Assembly: GCA_036172245.1 (NCBI GenBank)
Contig: JAYWIR010000050.1
Location: forward strand, 186,001-250,000
From: Raillietiella orientalis
Taxonomy: Eukaryota
Direction: 5' to 3'
Length of the DNA: 64,000 nt
The translations under genes and the position numbers were made by a program. Numbering within the stretch: the stretch's first letter is position 1; each line of letters begins with the position of its first letter. This document shows, in pieces, positions 12,556 through 24,930 of the stretch. The notes under the pieces are model-generated. The model was not told the origin of the DNA, did not search any database, and was given only the letters and a program-made list of their open reading frames with translations.

Positions 12556-14882
12556 ACAAGCCAGCGCGCAAAGCAGCGGGACATTCGTCCTGGCGGCTTA
12601 CCCCCCGGGGCGATCGGCCTCACGGCGGAACTTCGGCTTCGCACTCGCAGTGACCGCATCCTTGCGCTGATTTTCACGAGGAGCGGACGGACGGTTCCCG
12701 ACCGTCCGGCAGGTCCGCCGGGAGTTCTCCCGGCAGCTGACGCAGCATGCTGTTGAGGCGCCGGGCTCGAGGGCGCGCGGAACCCGGGGGGCAAGGAATC
12801 GAAGCCTCAGGAAAAGATTTACCTGCACAGAGTCTCTTCGGATGGAGCCACTTAGGCCGCTGCAGCAGGTTGTACCGGTCGGGTGCCGAGTTATCCGCCC
12901 GAAGGCGAGGTCGTGACGTTCTTAAGGGGAGCGGACGACTGCCGCGGGAGGCGCAGTTGGGAGCGACGAGTATCAGTTCGTCGGGAGGATCCTCGACCAA
13001 TAAGAATTCATCGACGGCACGACAAACAAAAACACGTGCTCTCCCGGTGGGTCTCGAGCGAGGCGGGAAGAAAAATATCCCGGTGACGCGGCGGCCCCCA
13101 TTTCACTCATCGCTCTCTCCTCGTTCGTAGTTTCCGGGTGGGTCTCTTCCGCGTTCCTCCATGCACCTTCCCTCCTCTCCCTCCTCCGCTCCTGCCGGCG
13201 CGCGTTCTCCGCAGCCTCCAGCTGGCAGGGGAGGTCAGCCTTCTAAGGGCGCCGCGCGACTCCCTGCGGTCGCCGTTCTGGCGCCTCGTAACGACGGCTT
13301 CTGTTCTCCTCTCCTCCCGAGGGGAGGCAGGCGACTTTTGCGGCGGGCGCTTCGACGCCATCCCGCGACGAGGAACGCGACCACCCATCCGCCGCCTGAG
13401 GGGGCGCATGGAAGGAAGGCCCGACCGGCGTACGCGGTCTCCGCGAGTTCACGCGGCGGCGGGTGGTTCTACGGCTCCCCTCACCCCCATCCCGGGACGC
13501 CGCGCTCGCACGGATCCGCAACAGTCGCCCTCGGGAGTCTGCGCGCGGAGCGGCGGGAGGTGCCGATGGGACCGCGGGCGCCCCTGCTCCACCACTTCCT
13601 TCCGGCGAACTCGGACGTGCGGATAAGGGTGACCACGGAGGTAGCCGCTCCGGGCGCCTCCGGGCTTGCTCAACTTGCACCGCCTTGCGACACCTCAGGC
13701 GGCAGCCGCTGCCGAGGGTCGTCTGCTACTCACGCAAGGAGCAACCGCTGCTGCCTCAGCTGCTCAGAAGCTGTGCGTCCTCCTTCTCCGGCCATTAGCG
13801 CTAATGTCGTTCCCAATTCCGACAGCAATAAGCCAAATCGCTTCCCGGGATTTCCCCGTCCCTGCAGCCGCGCACGTGCTGCACGTGCACAAAAGAGGAA
13901 TGGGGGGCAGACGTGGCTCCCCCGGGATGCGTGCACTCTCGTGGCTGTGAAGTCCTTGGCGGAACGTTGGGCAAGAAGTTCCTTCGAAACGGGTGGCGGG
14001 TCTTCCCCTCCTTCTCCGCTCCCTCCCCTCCGCAGGCTCAGAGGGGATGGTGATGCCGGAGGATACTCCTCTGTCCGTCGCCCGTCGTCCCCGCGGCTGT
14101 TGCGCACAACACACCAGATGAATGCTCCTCCCTTGCTCCCGAAACGCGTCCGTCCGGGACGCCCACCCTGTAGCCATGCGTCGGATGCTGCTTCGCTGCG
14201 CCTTTCCGGGGCGGCACCCTAGACGTGCTGCCCCAGAATCCGCCCGCGCGTGCCCTTCTGTGGCGAGAGGGGGCGGCCACATCTTTAGCAAACAGGGAGA
14301 GGGGCCGGGATCCAGGAACTCCGGCGGTGGAGTCTCGAATTCGCGGAAGGAGCGCGGCGCTCACGTCCGGATAGGAAAGGAAGAGAAACGCCTTGGGGAG
14401 GGAGGACGGGAAGGTGATGGATGACGACCGGGAGCGGCACATCCCCTCGCAGACGGAGGGACTTGGGAACTTCCGGATGCTCCCCGGAAGAGATTTCTCC
14501 CCAGTGGAGGCTGCACCGGAAAGCGCGCGCGCGCACACACTATTCCAAGGAACCTTCGAAACCTCGAGCGTGTACTAGGGGCATTCGGGGAGATTCTGGC
14601 ACCCCTGCCGCGCTCGTGCCCAGGCACTCCTTCCACATCCGCGCTGGTCGACGACCTTCCGCCGCTCCCCATGTGCAGCCCGGCGTCAGCACGCGAGGGC
14701 TCCTTCATGCTGTTGGGTCGTGGCACGGGCTTGTGGTGAGCAGGGCCAAGTCGTCGCCGGAGCCGTTTGGCTCGGCGCGGGCAAGAGGGCCGGACTGAAT
14801 CTGCTTGGAACCTCCACGTGGTGGTACTTCAAGTGCCACAGCGTGCCGTTCGGTGACTTCCGCCTGCTCTCAGAAGGTTTTC

Positions 14883-17800
14883 CACCCGTTCGTCCCGGGA
14901 GGTGCATCTTAAACAAAAACACACACAAAAAAAAAAACAAGGATGGCAGTTTCTTGGGATTCGTGGCTAAAAGAAATGGAAGCAAAAAAAGTCAACTGGA
15001 GAGGGCACTCCCACTGGCAGGAAAAAGAAAAAATGGTCTGCAGCATTGGGAGGGAGGGGAAATGCACCAATAAATAATGGGTAGGCGGGAATGGGGACAC
15101 AGGCCTTGTTACGTTCCTTTGAAATTAACCATGCGATGCTGATGATCTCCCTACTGACTTAGAGCTTTGGAAAAGACCGCCTGCTCAAGACCTGCAGACC
15201 ACTTTCCTCAAGACAGCTACAGCAATGCTCAGCCTCTCGTTGCCGCTGGCGCAGCTCCAACGAGTAGCGGGCCGCGAGGATGCCGCGAACGCAATGCAAA
15301 GCCCCGATCGGGGCGGCAGATGAGCGCCCCTCTCCCGTGAAGAAGCAGCGCGGCAGATCGAGAGGCGCATCTTGCGGGTGGAGAAGAGCCGAAGCCAGGC
15401 TCTTCCACGGAGGTCGGATGACGCCGCAGTTCATCAGTAGATAGGGGAGCGATTCGATCTCCTCGCATCCGGAGCCGCGCTCCGCAGAAGCACTCCCTCT
15501 AGTCACGTGATGCATGCGATCGCTGCAGTGAAAACCCATGCAAGAACAGCACCACGTCGTGTTGCCACCGGAGAGGGAGCACAGCGGTGTTCAAAACCAG
15601 AGGGAGCACACTCGCAGTTTCGACCCACCGGCGAAGTCCTTCACCAGGCGTCGCCGCATGGGCCAGCGCTTTCGTGGAACATCCGCCTAGGAGTTTTCCC
15701 ACTCCCCCTATGCCGCAAGAAAACTCCCACCCTGCCGGTAGGCAACTGTCCACTGCTCTCTCTTAGGGAAGGCAGCGCTGCGGAGAATCAACGAGCCCAC
15801 TTGGTGGGCTCGTCGACGGTTCTCTGTAGCGGCAGCCTGCCGGACCGCTGAACCGACATCTTCCGGGCTACTGCTGGTAAGCCGAGCCCAAGTATCCGCA
15901 GATTCCTGCTGCCAGTTATTCAAGTTCACATGGAGGCAGGAGATCCACTCCTTGGATTCCAGCAGGAAGGCGATCTACCTCAGGGGAGACTTCAATTGCT
16001 CCATACATTCCCGGTTGCGAAAAAGCGGGGACGCTAGTCCCTCGCAACCGGATGCTTGCCGCAAAATGTGGCGAGCGGGGAGACACCACTGCTGGTTTCG
16101 TGCCCTCTCCATCCATCAGGGCGAGTCTCCGAAAGTGTAGCTACAGCTCCAGCCTTTTCATGGTAGGGATGCCGAGTCCGGCGCAGCATCTCTCTGAGGC
16201 GGACGCGGGGTCGCAAAGCACTCCGAAAAACCTTCCTTAACAGTTCGTCGGCCCGTTGTCCCACTCAGAGGGAGGAAAACAATCAAAAAGGGGCAAAAAG
16301 GAGTGGTCGGAGGAGGGGAGCTCGTTGGGCCAGGAGGCGTGCTGGAACGCACCAGGGCGTGTCCCACAATTCTGCCGCAAGGGCGAGAGTCCTAAATCTA
16401 CTTTGCCGTTTCATGCTCTCCAGCGTAAGTAGGCCAAGTCCACCGTCCTTACGTGGAGCGCACAAGTCTTTGAGACGCAAACGGGACCTCCCTTTGCCCC
16501 AAAGGACTGTCCTGAGGAGATCCACTGCTCGTTTTCATACAAAGTGAGGGGCGGGGCACACAAAAAGTAAGGGGCGAAGAAGGGGGCGGCAAACACGTTT
16601 TACACCGCGGCCCATTCCTGCAAGTGAAACTTGACTTCGTGGAACGGACCGATAGCCAACGATGCCTTTTGGAGACGGTCGGACCAGGCTACTTGAAGGT
16701 ACTTGAAGCACCTGCTCGTGGAGATCCCCAAGCGGATCCAGTCCGACCGCCCAGCCCACGCCGAACCGACAAAGACCATGGACGACTTCGCCCTGTTCAC
16801 CTCCAGGCCTGTCTCGCGGCGCAGCAACTCGAAGAAGTCCTCGAGCGCACTCGCCGAGGTGGACCCAGGAAGCAGCAGCAGAAGATCGTCTGCATAGGCC
16901 GACACGGCAGGCGTGCCGGCACACAAGCTCGGCAGGGTTGCCAGAGTTTCCCTGTATGCTCTCAGCACCAACTCGGAGTAGATGCTGAAGAGCAAGGGGC
17001 TCAGGGTGTCACCCTGCCGGATGCCGCGGCGCATTGGCACGCCGTACACGTGCCGGCCGCTGAAACAAATGTTGATTAACGCGAAGCGCCAGCAGGAGCT
17101 CAGGTGGGACTGGAGCACCGCCTGGAAGCCTATGCGTTCCAGGAGCTTTAGACGTCTCCAGCTTTCGTCGTTTCTCTGGGCGCGCGACTGCAGACAAGCA
17201 CATTGCGGCTTTCACCTGCGTCACGTGGCCGTTGTGGTTCGGGAGAACGCCTGGATCTCCTGCCTCCCAGGGAACCACTCTGCAAGATTGCACGAGTCAG
17301 TCTCCACGTGGGAAAAGATCCACGTTCCGGCGGGCACGAAGAACACTTGCCTGAAAAGGCACGCCCGCTGGACGCTGCAGGAGATCTTACAGTCCCACGA
17401 TCAGCTTCTGTGGGCCCTCATTACCCTCCTTGCCCCAGTGCTGCCCTCCTTCAAAACGCCAGGGACAGCAGCGAGCAGGGGAAATGGAAAGTGTTCTGCA
17501 CCCTTGACGGCAGGACGTGGTGGACATCTCGGCAGCTAGCGGATGCTGCGACGACGAGTGTCCCGCCCAACGGAATTCGACGCTGAGGCGAGCTACTCGG
17601 AATATCTCTGGAGGAGATGAAGTGGCCCCCAGCGTCCTGGAACAGTGGCTCCCTCCCCCTGAAATGGCAGGAGGTGACGTTGCTCATGTTACATTGGGGT
17701 TTACCCTTCAAAGCACGCCTCTCTCACTGCAAACGGGGGCTGTGGATTCCCAGTACGATCGGTGAGGGGAAAAAGAGACATTCCCACACCTCCTTGTTGA

Positions 17801-18870
17801 CTGCAGAACCCTCCGCCCTCTGTGGGATCGTCTTGTGGCGATTCTGGACATTCGCGGAGGTGCCCCTAAGGACATTTTCAGGCGCCTCTTCTCTCGCGAC
17901 GCCTTGTCCCAGCCCGCCTGTGTAGCAGTTTTCTGTTGCATGCGAGGCATCGTGGCGGCATGGAACGCGACTAGAAGACGTCAGAACATTAATAGTGCCT
18001 TACATTGGACTCGCATTTTTGTGCGAAACATCTCCAGGTGGCGCCACTTGGGTGCACAAAGGACGCAGCTTGTGAGGATCCTGAACAGGATCTAGAGGAC
18101 CTCTCCGCGCGCCCTGTGATCCCTGCCCTGCCCTCCCATCCCCAAAACATTAGTGCCCTCCCCACTTTTGAACTTTTTGTTTGTTTTGTTTCTTTGTCCC
18201 GACCCCCGCGCATGGGAAGGACCTCGCCGGTTCCGCACCGGCAAGAAACAAGCTGCCTTGTTGTGGTGAACTTTTAGGTTCGGCACGCGAAAATTCATGT
18301 ATTTTCATTCTTAAAATAAATGCCTCGGTATATCCGGGTGTAAACGAGGAGGGGAGCTACAAAAGGGTTCCAGATCGAGGCCCGCTCCGGCAGGTAGAAC
18401 AGGCCTTTCGGCAACGGGCCAAGAGCATTCTTGGCTTTCTGAAGGCAGCCGGAATACGATTTTGCACCGCAGAAGTCGACCAATGGTACGCCAAGATGCT
18501 AGAAGTTTCTTCTTGTAGGGATCCCCAGGCGGATCCAGTCAGGCTGCTTCTCCAGCGACGCTTAGACCGGAGAGATCGTGGACTTTGTCCTGTTGACGCG
18601 CAAGCTTGCTCCTCAGTGCATCAGCTCGAAGAACTCCTCGAGCTTCTCCACCAGTATGGACCTGGGCAACAAGAGAAACGGTTCTTCAGCGTAGGCTGTC
18701 AAGGGGGCACGTGCAAGTACCCACTCGGCGCCAACCCTAAGTAGGCGCTGAATAAAACGTGAAGCAGACCGTCACCTTGGATAGTTCCTTGGCGAACCTA
18801 CACGCCCTGAACGTGGCGACCTCCGAAACTGATGTTGATTAGCGCGTCGCGAGCCATAGCAAGTGCGAGT
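14883..18870 (-). mobile_element. Older L1/Tx1-clade copy (RT to 3' end), interrupted at 16323-18345 by a nested copy
   Basis: Minus strand QGDGLLHVLFSAY (~18780) and ERASIWNPFVAPLL (18346+) continue as RPLLFAPF (<16310), then IESLPYLLMNC and a T-rich UTR. Terminus cccg-ggacgaa-cgggtg at 14883. Confidence 0.8.
16323..18345 (+). mobile_element. Nested 5'-inverted L1/Tx1-clade insertion with 13-bp target-site duplication
   Basis: 16323-~17150 is antisense RT (GIRQGDTLSPLLF, AYADD, LCAPRKDGGLGL ... PARLLAQR). ~17150-18340 is the sense continuation (LSSFLWAR...). TSD GAGGAGGGGAGCT at 16310-16322 and 18346-18358. Confidence 0.9.
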
Positions 18871-18949
18871 ACTGCAGCAAGCAGAATGGGAGTTCAGAGC
18901 GCTACAGGAGTTCCAGAAGGTGCTCCTGGCTCATGCAGTCGAATTCTTC

Positions 18950-21462
18950 GGGGTCCGAGTCCGCTTGAAGGACTTGTGCGCTCCGCGTCGGGACGGCGGT
19001 CTTGGCCTACTGACGCTGGAGCTGCTGGAGCTTCAGCTCCAGTTCCGGATGTTGGCACTTGTGCCGGAGTTGTGGTGCACCTGCTGATGCGTCCTTGCAC
19101 GTCTCCTCGTCAAGCAAGCCACCGGCAAGACGGGACTCACGTCCTTTCTTGCACTCCATCGCCGCCGAATCAACCGATGTGGGCTCCAGCTGCGGAGGGT
19201 GGCTGCCTTGGTTCAGAAAAATCAAGGATGGATCACCTGTCGCCCCTCGAACGGTAGTGCCTGGTTGCAGGAAACCGTTCGCACGTGGGGACAGTTCGGC
19301 ATGCAACGCTCCAAACAGGAACGACGGTTCCTGTTTAGGGGTTACAGAAGTTGCACGCTCCGAGAGATCCTGAAGGATCCGAAGAAGCGAGCGTGGTCAG
19401 GAAGAACCCCTGTCGCTGCTGCACTGGCCTCCCTAGTAAAAGATCAGGACAGCGATGTTTCGGCGAAGTGGCAGGTTAACATGATAATCTCCGGAAAGGA
19501 GAAGAAGCAGGGAGAGTGGAAGACGGGCCAGTTAAGAGACGCTGCGACCCCGAGTACGCCTCCCAATGGACTTCTGCGCTGGGGCGCGCTGCTCAATGTT
19601 CCCATTGAACATTTGAAGTGGCTCCCTTTGCTCAGGAACACTTCCACCCTCCCCTTGAAATGGCAGGAGTCGGCTCTCCTGTTGCAGCACTGGGGACTCC
19701 CCTGCAACGCCCGTCGACACCACTGGACCAGGGGAGCTCTCACCCGGTCACGCCGGAACGTTTATTGATAAACACTTTACATTTGCGGTACTAGGCCCCG
19801 CTACGGCCAATAGTTCATGGGACCTGCCAGGAAGCCGGTTCGCAGACCAGCTTGACTCTCCTCGGCAGCGGAGGGGATAGGTGGTAAAACAAAAAGAAAA
19901 ATAAATGAGACAAACAAAAAAAAAGAAACTATGTGGAGGACCGGGAAGGGATCACAGTTCGCTGGTGGAAGAGACCATTCTTTCCAGGATGCCTTCGAGG
20001 TCCCTCCCAGATGGGCCAGCCGATCGCGATTCTCAGGTAGCGACCCGCGTGTACGATGGGGTCCCTATCGCTGCTTCCTCTGTTGGCTGCGCTCCAGGCG
20101 GCCACAATCCCTCGGAAGCAGCAGAGCGCTGCCAGGGCTGAGGCTGGTGGCAGGGCGTCTTGCACGAAGAGGAGTCTCACAACGTCTCTGGGGGTACTGC
20201 CGACCGGCATTCGGTGGGTCGTAGCAAAACGTTCCCGCAAGGGTCGGAGGGCAGCGCAGTCCACTAACAGGTGGGGGAGGGACTCCTTCTCCCTACACAC
20301 TGCACAGTTCTGTCCCACGTTCCATAACGTCCAGTGGTGGCGGCGCGCGTTGCAGGGAAGACCCCAGTGCAACAACAGCAGCGCCGTTTCCTGCCACTTG
20401 AGGAAGAGGGTGGATGCGTCTCTAAATAACGGAAGCACTTTAGGTCATCCAGCGGGATGCCAAGCAGCTCGCCCCATCTCTGGATTCTTCGCGGGAGAAC
20501 GCTCGGGGTAGTGGCGTCTGCCAGCTCTCCCATGGTCCAGCCGCTGATCAAATTCTCTCTGCCTGAGATTCGGCAGGAGACTTGCCACCTCGACTTACGG
20601 CTGTTCTGAAGAGCCCTTCTCAGGAAGGGCATCGCTGTAGCAAGGGGGGTCGTCTCCACCCACGTGCTTCTGGCGGGACACTCGATCATGTTGCGCAGCG
20701 TGCAGCGGGTGTAGATGCCGGGACGCAGGCGGTTGCAGGATTCTCCACTAGGCTGGTTTAACTTCGCCCACGTGCCAACTGTTTCTTCCAGCCATGCGCT
20801 GGAGTTGGCTGGGCTGCAGGCCATCCACCCGTTCTCCTTTGCCAGGGTGGCCATGCGTCCCAGGAGAAGGCCGTATCTTCTTATTTTCCGGCCGGGCCAC
20901 AGAAGAAAAGACGCGAGTCCTTCAGTCCCGGACACACGCCTGGCGAGGAAGCGGGCCGGAACGCGCCAAGGGGTGCTTCACATCTTCGCCGCGATGGCCA
21001 TGGTGCGCCATCGCAGCTGAATTCCCACGCGCTCCAGCGTCAGGAGGCTAAGACCTCTGTCCCAACGTGGAGCGCACAAATCCTCGCCGCTTGGAGCAAG
21101 ACAACGGGAGTACCTTACGATAAGGGGGCCATCCAGTGCGCCTCTGAATTCCTGGAGAGGGCGACGCTGTGGCCCCACCTGGATCCAGGCATGCAGAAAG
21201 AGCTTACGGGCATCCTGCGAAGGATGCAACGGCCCCAGCAGCAACAGTGATCCCTTCCCGCATCCTCCTACGTTTTGTTTGGTTTTTGTTTCGGTTTTTG
21301 TTTGTCCTCTCTTCGCCCTGCTGCCGTGGTGGACCGTACTGATCTGCGAACTGATGAACCGGCAGGCTCTCTGCTGTTTCTTTGAGTGTGGCTGGATCAC
21401 TGGTCCAGACACAGTACTTGAAAAAAGTTTATTTTTTAATAAATGCCCTGGCAACCAGGGTG
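18950..21462 (+). mobile_element. L1/Tx1-clade 3' fragment (18950-19740 and 21083-21462), split by an antisense copy
   Basis: 18950-19737 is near-identical by eye to ~182-965. 21083-21462 matches ~1177-1560 and ends AATAAATG-ccctgg-caa-ccaggg-TG. Confidence 0.85.
19741..21082 (-). mobile_element. 5'-truncated L1/Tx1-clade copy, close relative of ~2990-4344
   Basis: LCAPRWDRGLSLLTLE and HWGLPCNARRHHW..CAVCREKESLPHLLVDC. Terminus AATAAACG-ttccgg-cgtga-ccgggtg at 19741. Confidence 0.85.
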
Positions 21463-21465
21463 AAA

Positions 21466-22560
21466 ATCGAATGCTTCGGGCAATTCGACCGCAATCACGA
21501 GAGCACCAGGTTCCTCGGCATTTCTGCAAGTTCTGTTCCCTATGCCCTTCAGGGAAATCTTTCTTTGTGGGCCTCCGCTGCAACCCGCTGCTGCAGCCTC
21601 ACCCAGGTTTGTGAGAAGAGCAGTTTCCACTCCATACTACTGTCCGGAATAGCATTGGTCTGCTCCAAGCTGATAAAGAACTGTGCCTCCGATCCCAACA
21701 GTGCTGTCCACATTCTGGAGGGTCGCTTGATGTCCTGGTTTACCAGGGTTGTTGGACGATAGTTTCCCAGCTTGCGCAAATCTCCTCCTTTTGGCAGGAG
21801 ACGTACTCTGCACGAAAAGAGACTGGCATCTCGCCTCTCTCCCGAATCAGCACGGTGAGTTTCGGTATCAAGTAAATGATCTCTGATACTTAGATCTGGT
21901 GGAACTCCGTGGGCAGGCAGGCCGTCCTGGTACTTTCCTCTTCCTGAGTGCTCCGATGGAGGCGTTGACCTCCGCCATCTTGAACCGCTCTTCCAGGCGC
22001 GCTCGTTCCTTCTCCCCTATCGCGGTGTTGCACTTCTCCAGCGGTCTCTGAGAGGAAGCACTCTCCATTGGTGTCCTCGCGTACGGGAGGAGTAAAAGTC
22101 TCTCAGAAACCGGTGAACATCCGAAGATGCCGAGCATTCCTGGGAGAACTGAAGGCCGGAGGCGAGCGCCAGGTCCGAAGTGACTATCCTTCAGCAAGCC
22201 GAACAGCCTTCGAACGTCAGGATCTGTGGGGTGTGCGCGTTTGCCAAAAAAGTGCTGTTCTGCACTCCCTTCTGGAATCCGGATGGGAGGAGAACCAGTG
22301 GAAAGTGTTGGCAAAACTCTCGGACTGACACCTTAAGCAGGTCCCAATCCTCGAGCCTGCGAATGGTGGACCCACGGAGGAAGCCACGGAGAATTTCCAC
22401 AGCTTCCGGGCCGCTAATCGAATCCTCAGGCATCCTCAATACGTTGACGGGCAGCCCCTTCTCTGGAGGCTGCAGCTCTTCTCCGAGCACGGGACGGTCT
22501 GAGAGTACCGACGATTCCGGACGCTTCAGGATACCGGAATCCCGCGTAAGGAGCAAGGAG
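21466..22560 (-). mobile_element. L1/Tx1-clade ORF2 fragment (end of APE, linker, RT N-terminus)
   Basis: VLSDRPV (SDH.PV), WDLLKVSVREFC, LLPKGGDLRKLGNYRPTTLVNQDIK, EQTNAIP, VIAVELPEAFD. Confidence 0.8.
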
Positions 22561-22940
22561 CTGCTGCAAATGCAGCCTGCGGCGATGCGTCCCGTATGAA
22601 GAGGGGTCTCAATGAGTCTCTGGGGTTTCCACATGAGGTTCGTAGGGTCATGGCTGCAAAACGTTCTTACAGCAGCAGAGGGGCGACCCAGTACGGGAGC
22701 AGGGTCGCGTTCCCTACACCCGCTGCGATTCAGGTCCACTCCGAGTCTCGTGAAGTCCTGGCGCGTTGCATAGGAGTCCCACGTGCAGCAGAAGAAGTGC
22801 CGACTCCCCGTACAAAAGAGACAGGGCGTGTTGGTTCAGAAGCGGGTGTTTCAAAGGTTGAGCAGCCGCCGACGCCGCCAAACGGTCAGCCGCGGAAGCT
22901 GCACCCCGCTTAACGAAGCCTGCGGAACCGCGTGCTTTAT

Positions 22941-23600
22941 CACCCGGATATGTCGGGGCATTTATTATTATATTTTTTTACAAAATTACATAATAAAGTC
23001 TACATACAGTTTCTTTCGTGGTGGAACACTTGGTTCTACCACGCTTGAAGACTTGTCGTCACCCGGTACTAAGACCGGCGAAGTCCTCTCCTGAGGCTCA
23101 GGGGAAGGGAAAACTCAAACAAAAAGAAACAAAAAGAAGGATAACGGGGAGGGGAATAGTTTTATGAAGGAGGGGAGGGCAGGGAAGGGATCACTGGACT
23201 CCTGGGTTGGTCCTCTGCATCCTATCCAGGATGCTGACAAGTTCTGTTTTTATACTGCGTACTACGCACCACCTTGTCGCGGTCTCCAGAAAGACCGTCT
23301 TCCAGTGGATGGCGTCCCTGCTTCTTTGTCCTTTTCTTCTAGCGTCCCACTTCGCCAGGATGCCGCGAACACAGCAGAGGACTGCTAAAGACGCAGCAGG
23401 GCGAAGGCCGTCACGCAGAAAGAGGCGTCGATAAATGACCTTAGGGTCGCCTACTGGAAGAAGGAGGGTAGACGAAAGTCGATTCCAAAGTCCAACAGGA
23501 GCAACACGCTCTGTTAGAAGATGCAGGAAGGTTTCCCTTTCGCCGCACTCTATGCAACGGGCATCCACATTCCCCAGTGTCCAGTGAGACAGGCGTGCCG
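22941..23600 (-). mobile_element. L1/Tx1-clade 3' fragment
   Basis: CIECGERETFLHLLTE, LCCVRGILAKW. Terminus aataaatgccccg-acatatc-cgggtg at 22941. Confidence 0.8.
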
Positions 23601-23738
23601 CTATCCCAACACGCTGGGGGTCACTTCACCTCCGCGTGGTACAGCGTCACTGGAAAACAAATTTTCCGCTAGCGCGCGAGTCAATTCTGTTTCACCAGCG
23701 TGCCCTCCCGTGGCTACTCAGCCTCACAGGAGGTTTAT

Positions 23739-24930
23739 CACCCGGGTGAGCCGGGACGTCTATTATAAAAATTTTTACAAAGAAAAATTTCATAATAAAA
23801 TCTTTTTCTCGTCAATGTTTTTGTTTTTGTTTTGTTCAGTCAAAACACATGTCCAAACTGTCTTGGAGCACTTGTCCTTACCGGCCCGCAGGCCGGTAAG
23901 GTCCTCATCACTGGAGCGGGGGCGGGAAAAAAACAACAAAACAACAAAAAAAAAAACGCCTGGGGGGACAATGTTTTTTGGGGAGGGAAGGAGAGGGAGG
24001 GGATCACGGTACGCAGTGAGGAGGCCTCTGCATCCGGTTTCGGATGCGAACAAGTGCCGGCAAATGTTTTATAAGTCGGCGCCAACGGGAAGCCTTCTCC
24101 AACGAGATGGCTGCCCAGTGGATGGCATTTCGACTTCTTCGTCCTCTCCTGGTTGCGGTACACTTATCCAGGATTCCGCGTATGCAAAACAGAGCACTGC
24201 TACACACCCGGAGGCTGGCATGGCGTCCCGCATCAGGGGGCGCCTAAAAATGTTCTTGGGGTCGCCCCCCGGAATGTTCAGGATCGACGAGAGTCGATCC
24301 CATCTGGTGGAGGGTAACGCACTCTTTAATTAAGTGGAAGAAGGTCTCCCTTTCCCCGCACTCTGCACACTGGGCATCCACAATCCCTAAGGTCCAGTCC
24401 CCAATGGAGCAGAAGCAACGCCGTCTCCTGACACTGCAGGGGGAGGGTGCCGTTGTCCCAAGACGCTGGGGGCCACTCCACATCCTCTGGAGGCATGTCG
24501 AGCAGCTCGCCCCAGCGCACTAATTCCATTGGGTGGGACACTCGGGGTTGCAGCGTTCGCTAGTTCCCGGGACGTCCAAGCCTTTATAGGTTTTCTCCTG
24601 CCTCCGATGAGGCAGGACACTTCCCACGATGCCTCCTCTTGGCTGTCCCTTGCTTCTCTGAGGGAGGGCAGCACGGGGGCAAGGGGGGTGAAGGAAGCTC
24701 ACAGAAGTTTTCATGGGTTAAAAACGATCTCCTGCAGTGGCTGGCCAGCGTACCTGCCTCGACGGAGGTAGGAGAAGTCCACATCGCTGGAGCCGTTGAT
24801 TTTTGCCCACGCGGAAACAGACTCCTGGAGCCAGGTTGTCCATTTCGCGGGGATGCAGGAGATCCACGGGTTGTTTCTCACCAGGGCAACCAGGTCATGT
24901 AGCTGAAATCCACAATGGTTCAGTCTACGG
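23739..24930 (-). mobile_element. L1/Tx1-clade 3' fragment
   Basis: WLQESVSAWA, LLLLHWGL, CAECGERETFFHLIKEC. Terminus cccgg-ctcac-ccgggtg at 23739. Confidence 0.8.

Noticed and set aside
8000..14800. Many long overlapping ORFs in GC-rich sequence (e.g. 13161..14222 here, and 56377..57330 elsewhere)
   Set aside because: Arg/Pro/Ser-rich, no recognisable motifs, open on both strands; expected shadow ORFs of GC-rich decayed repeats.
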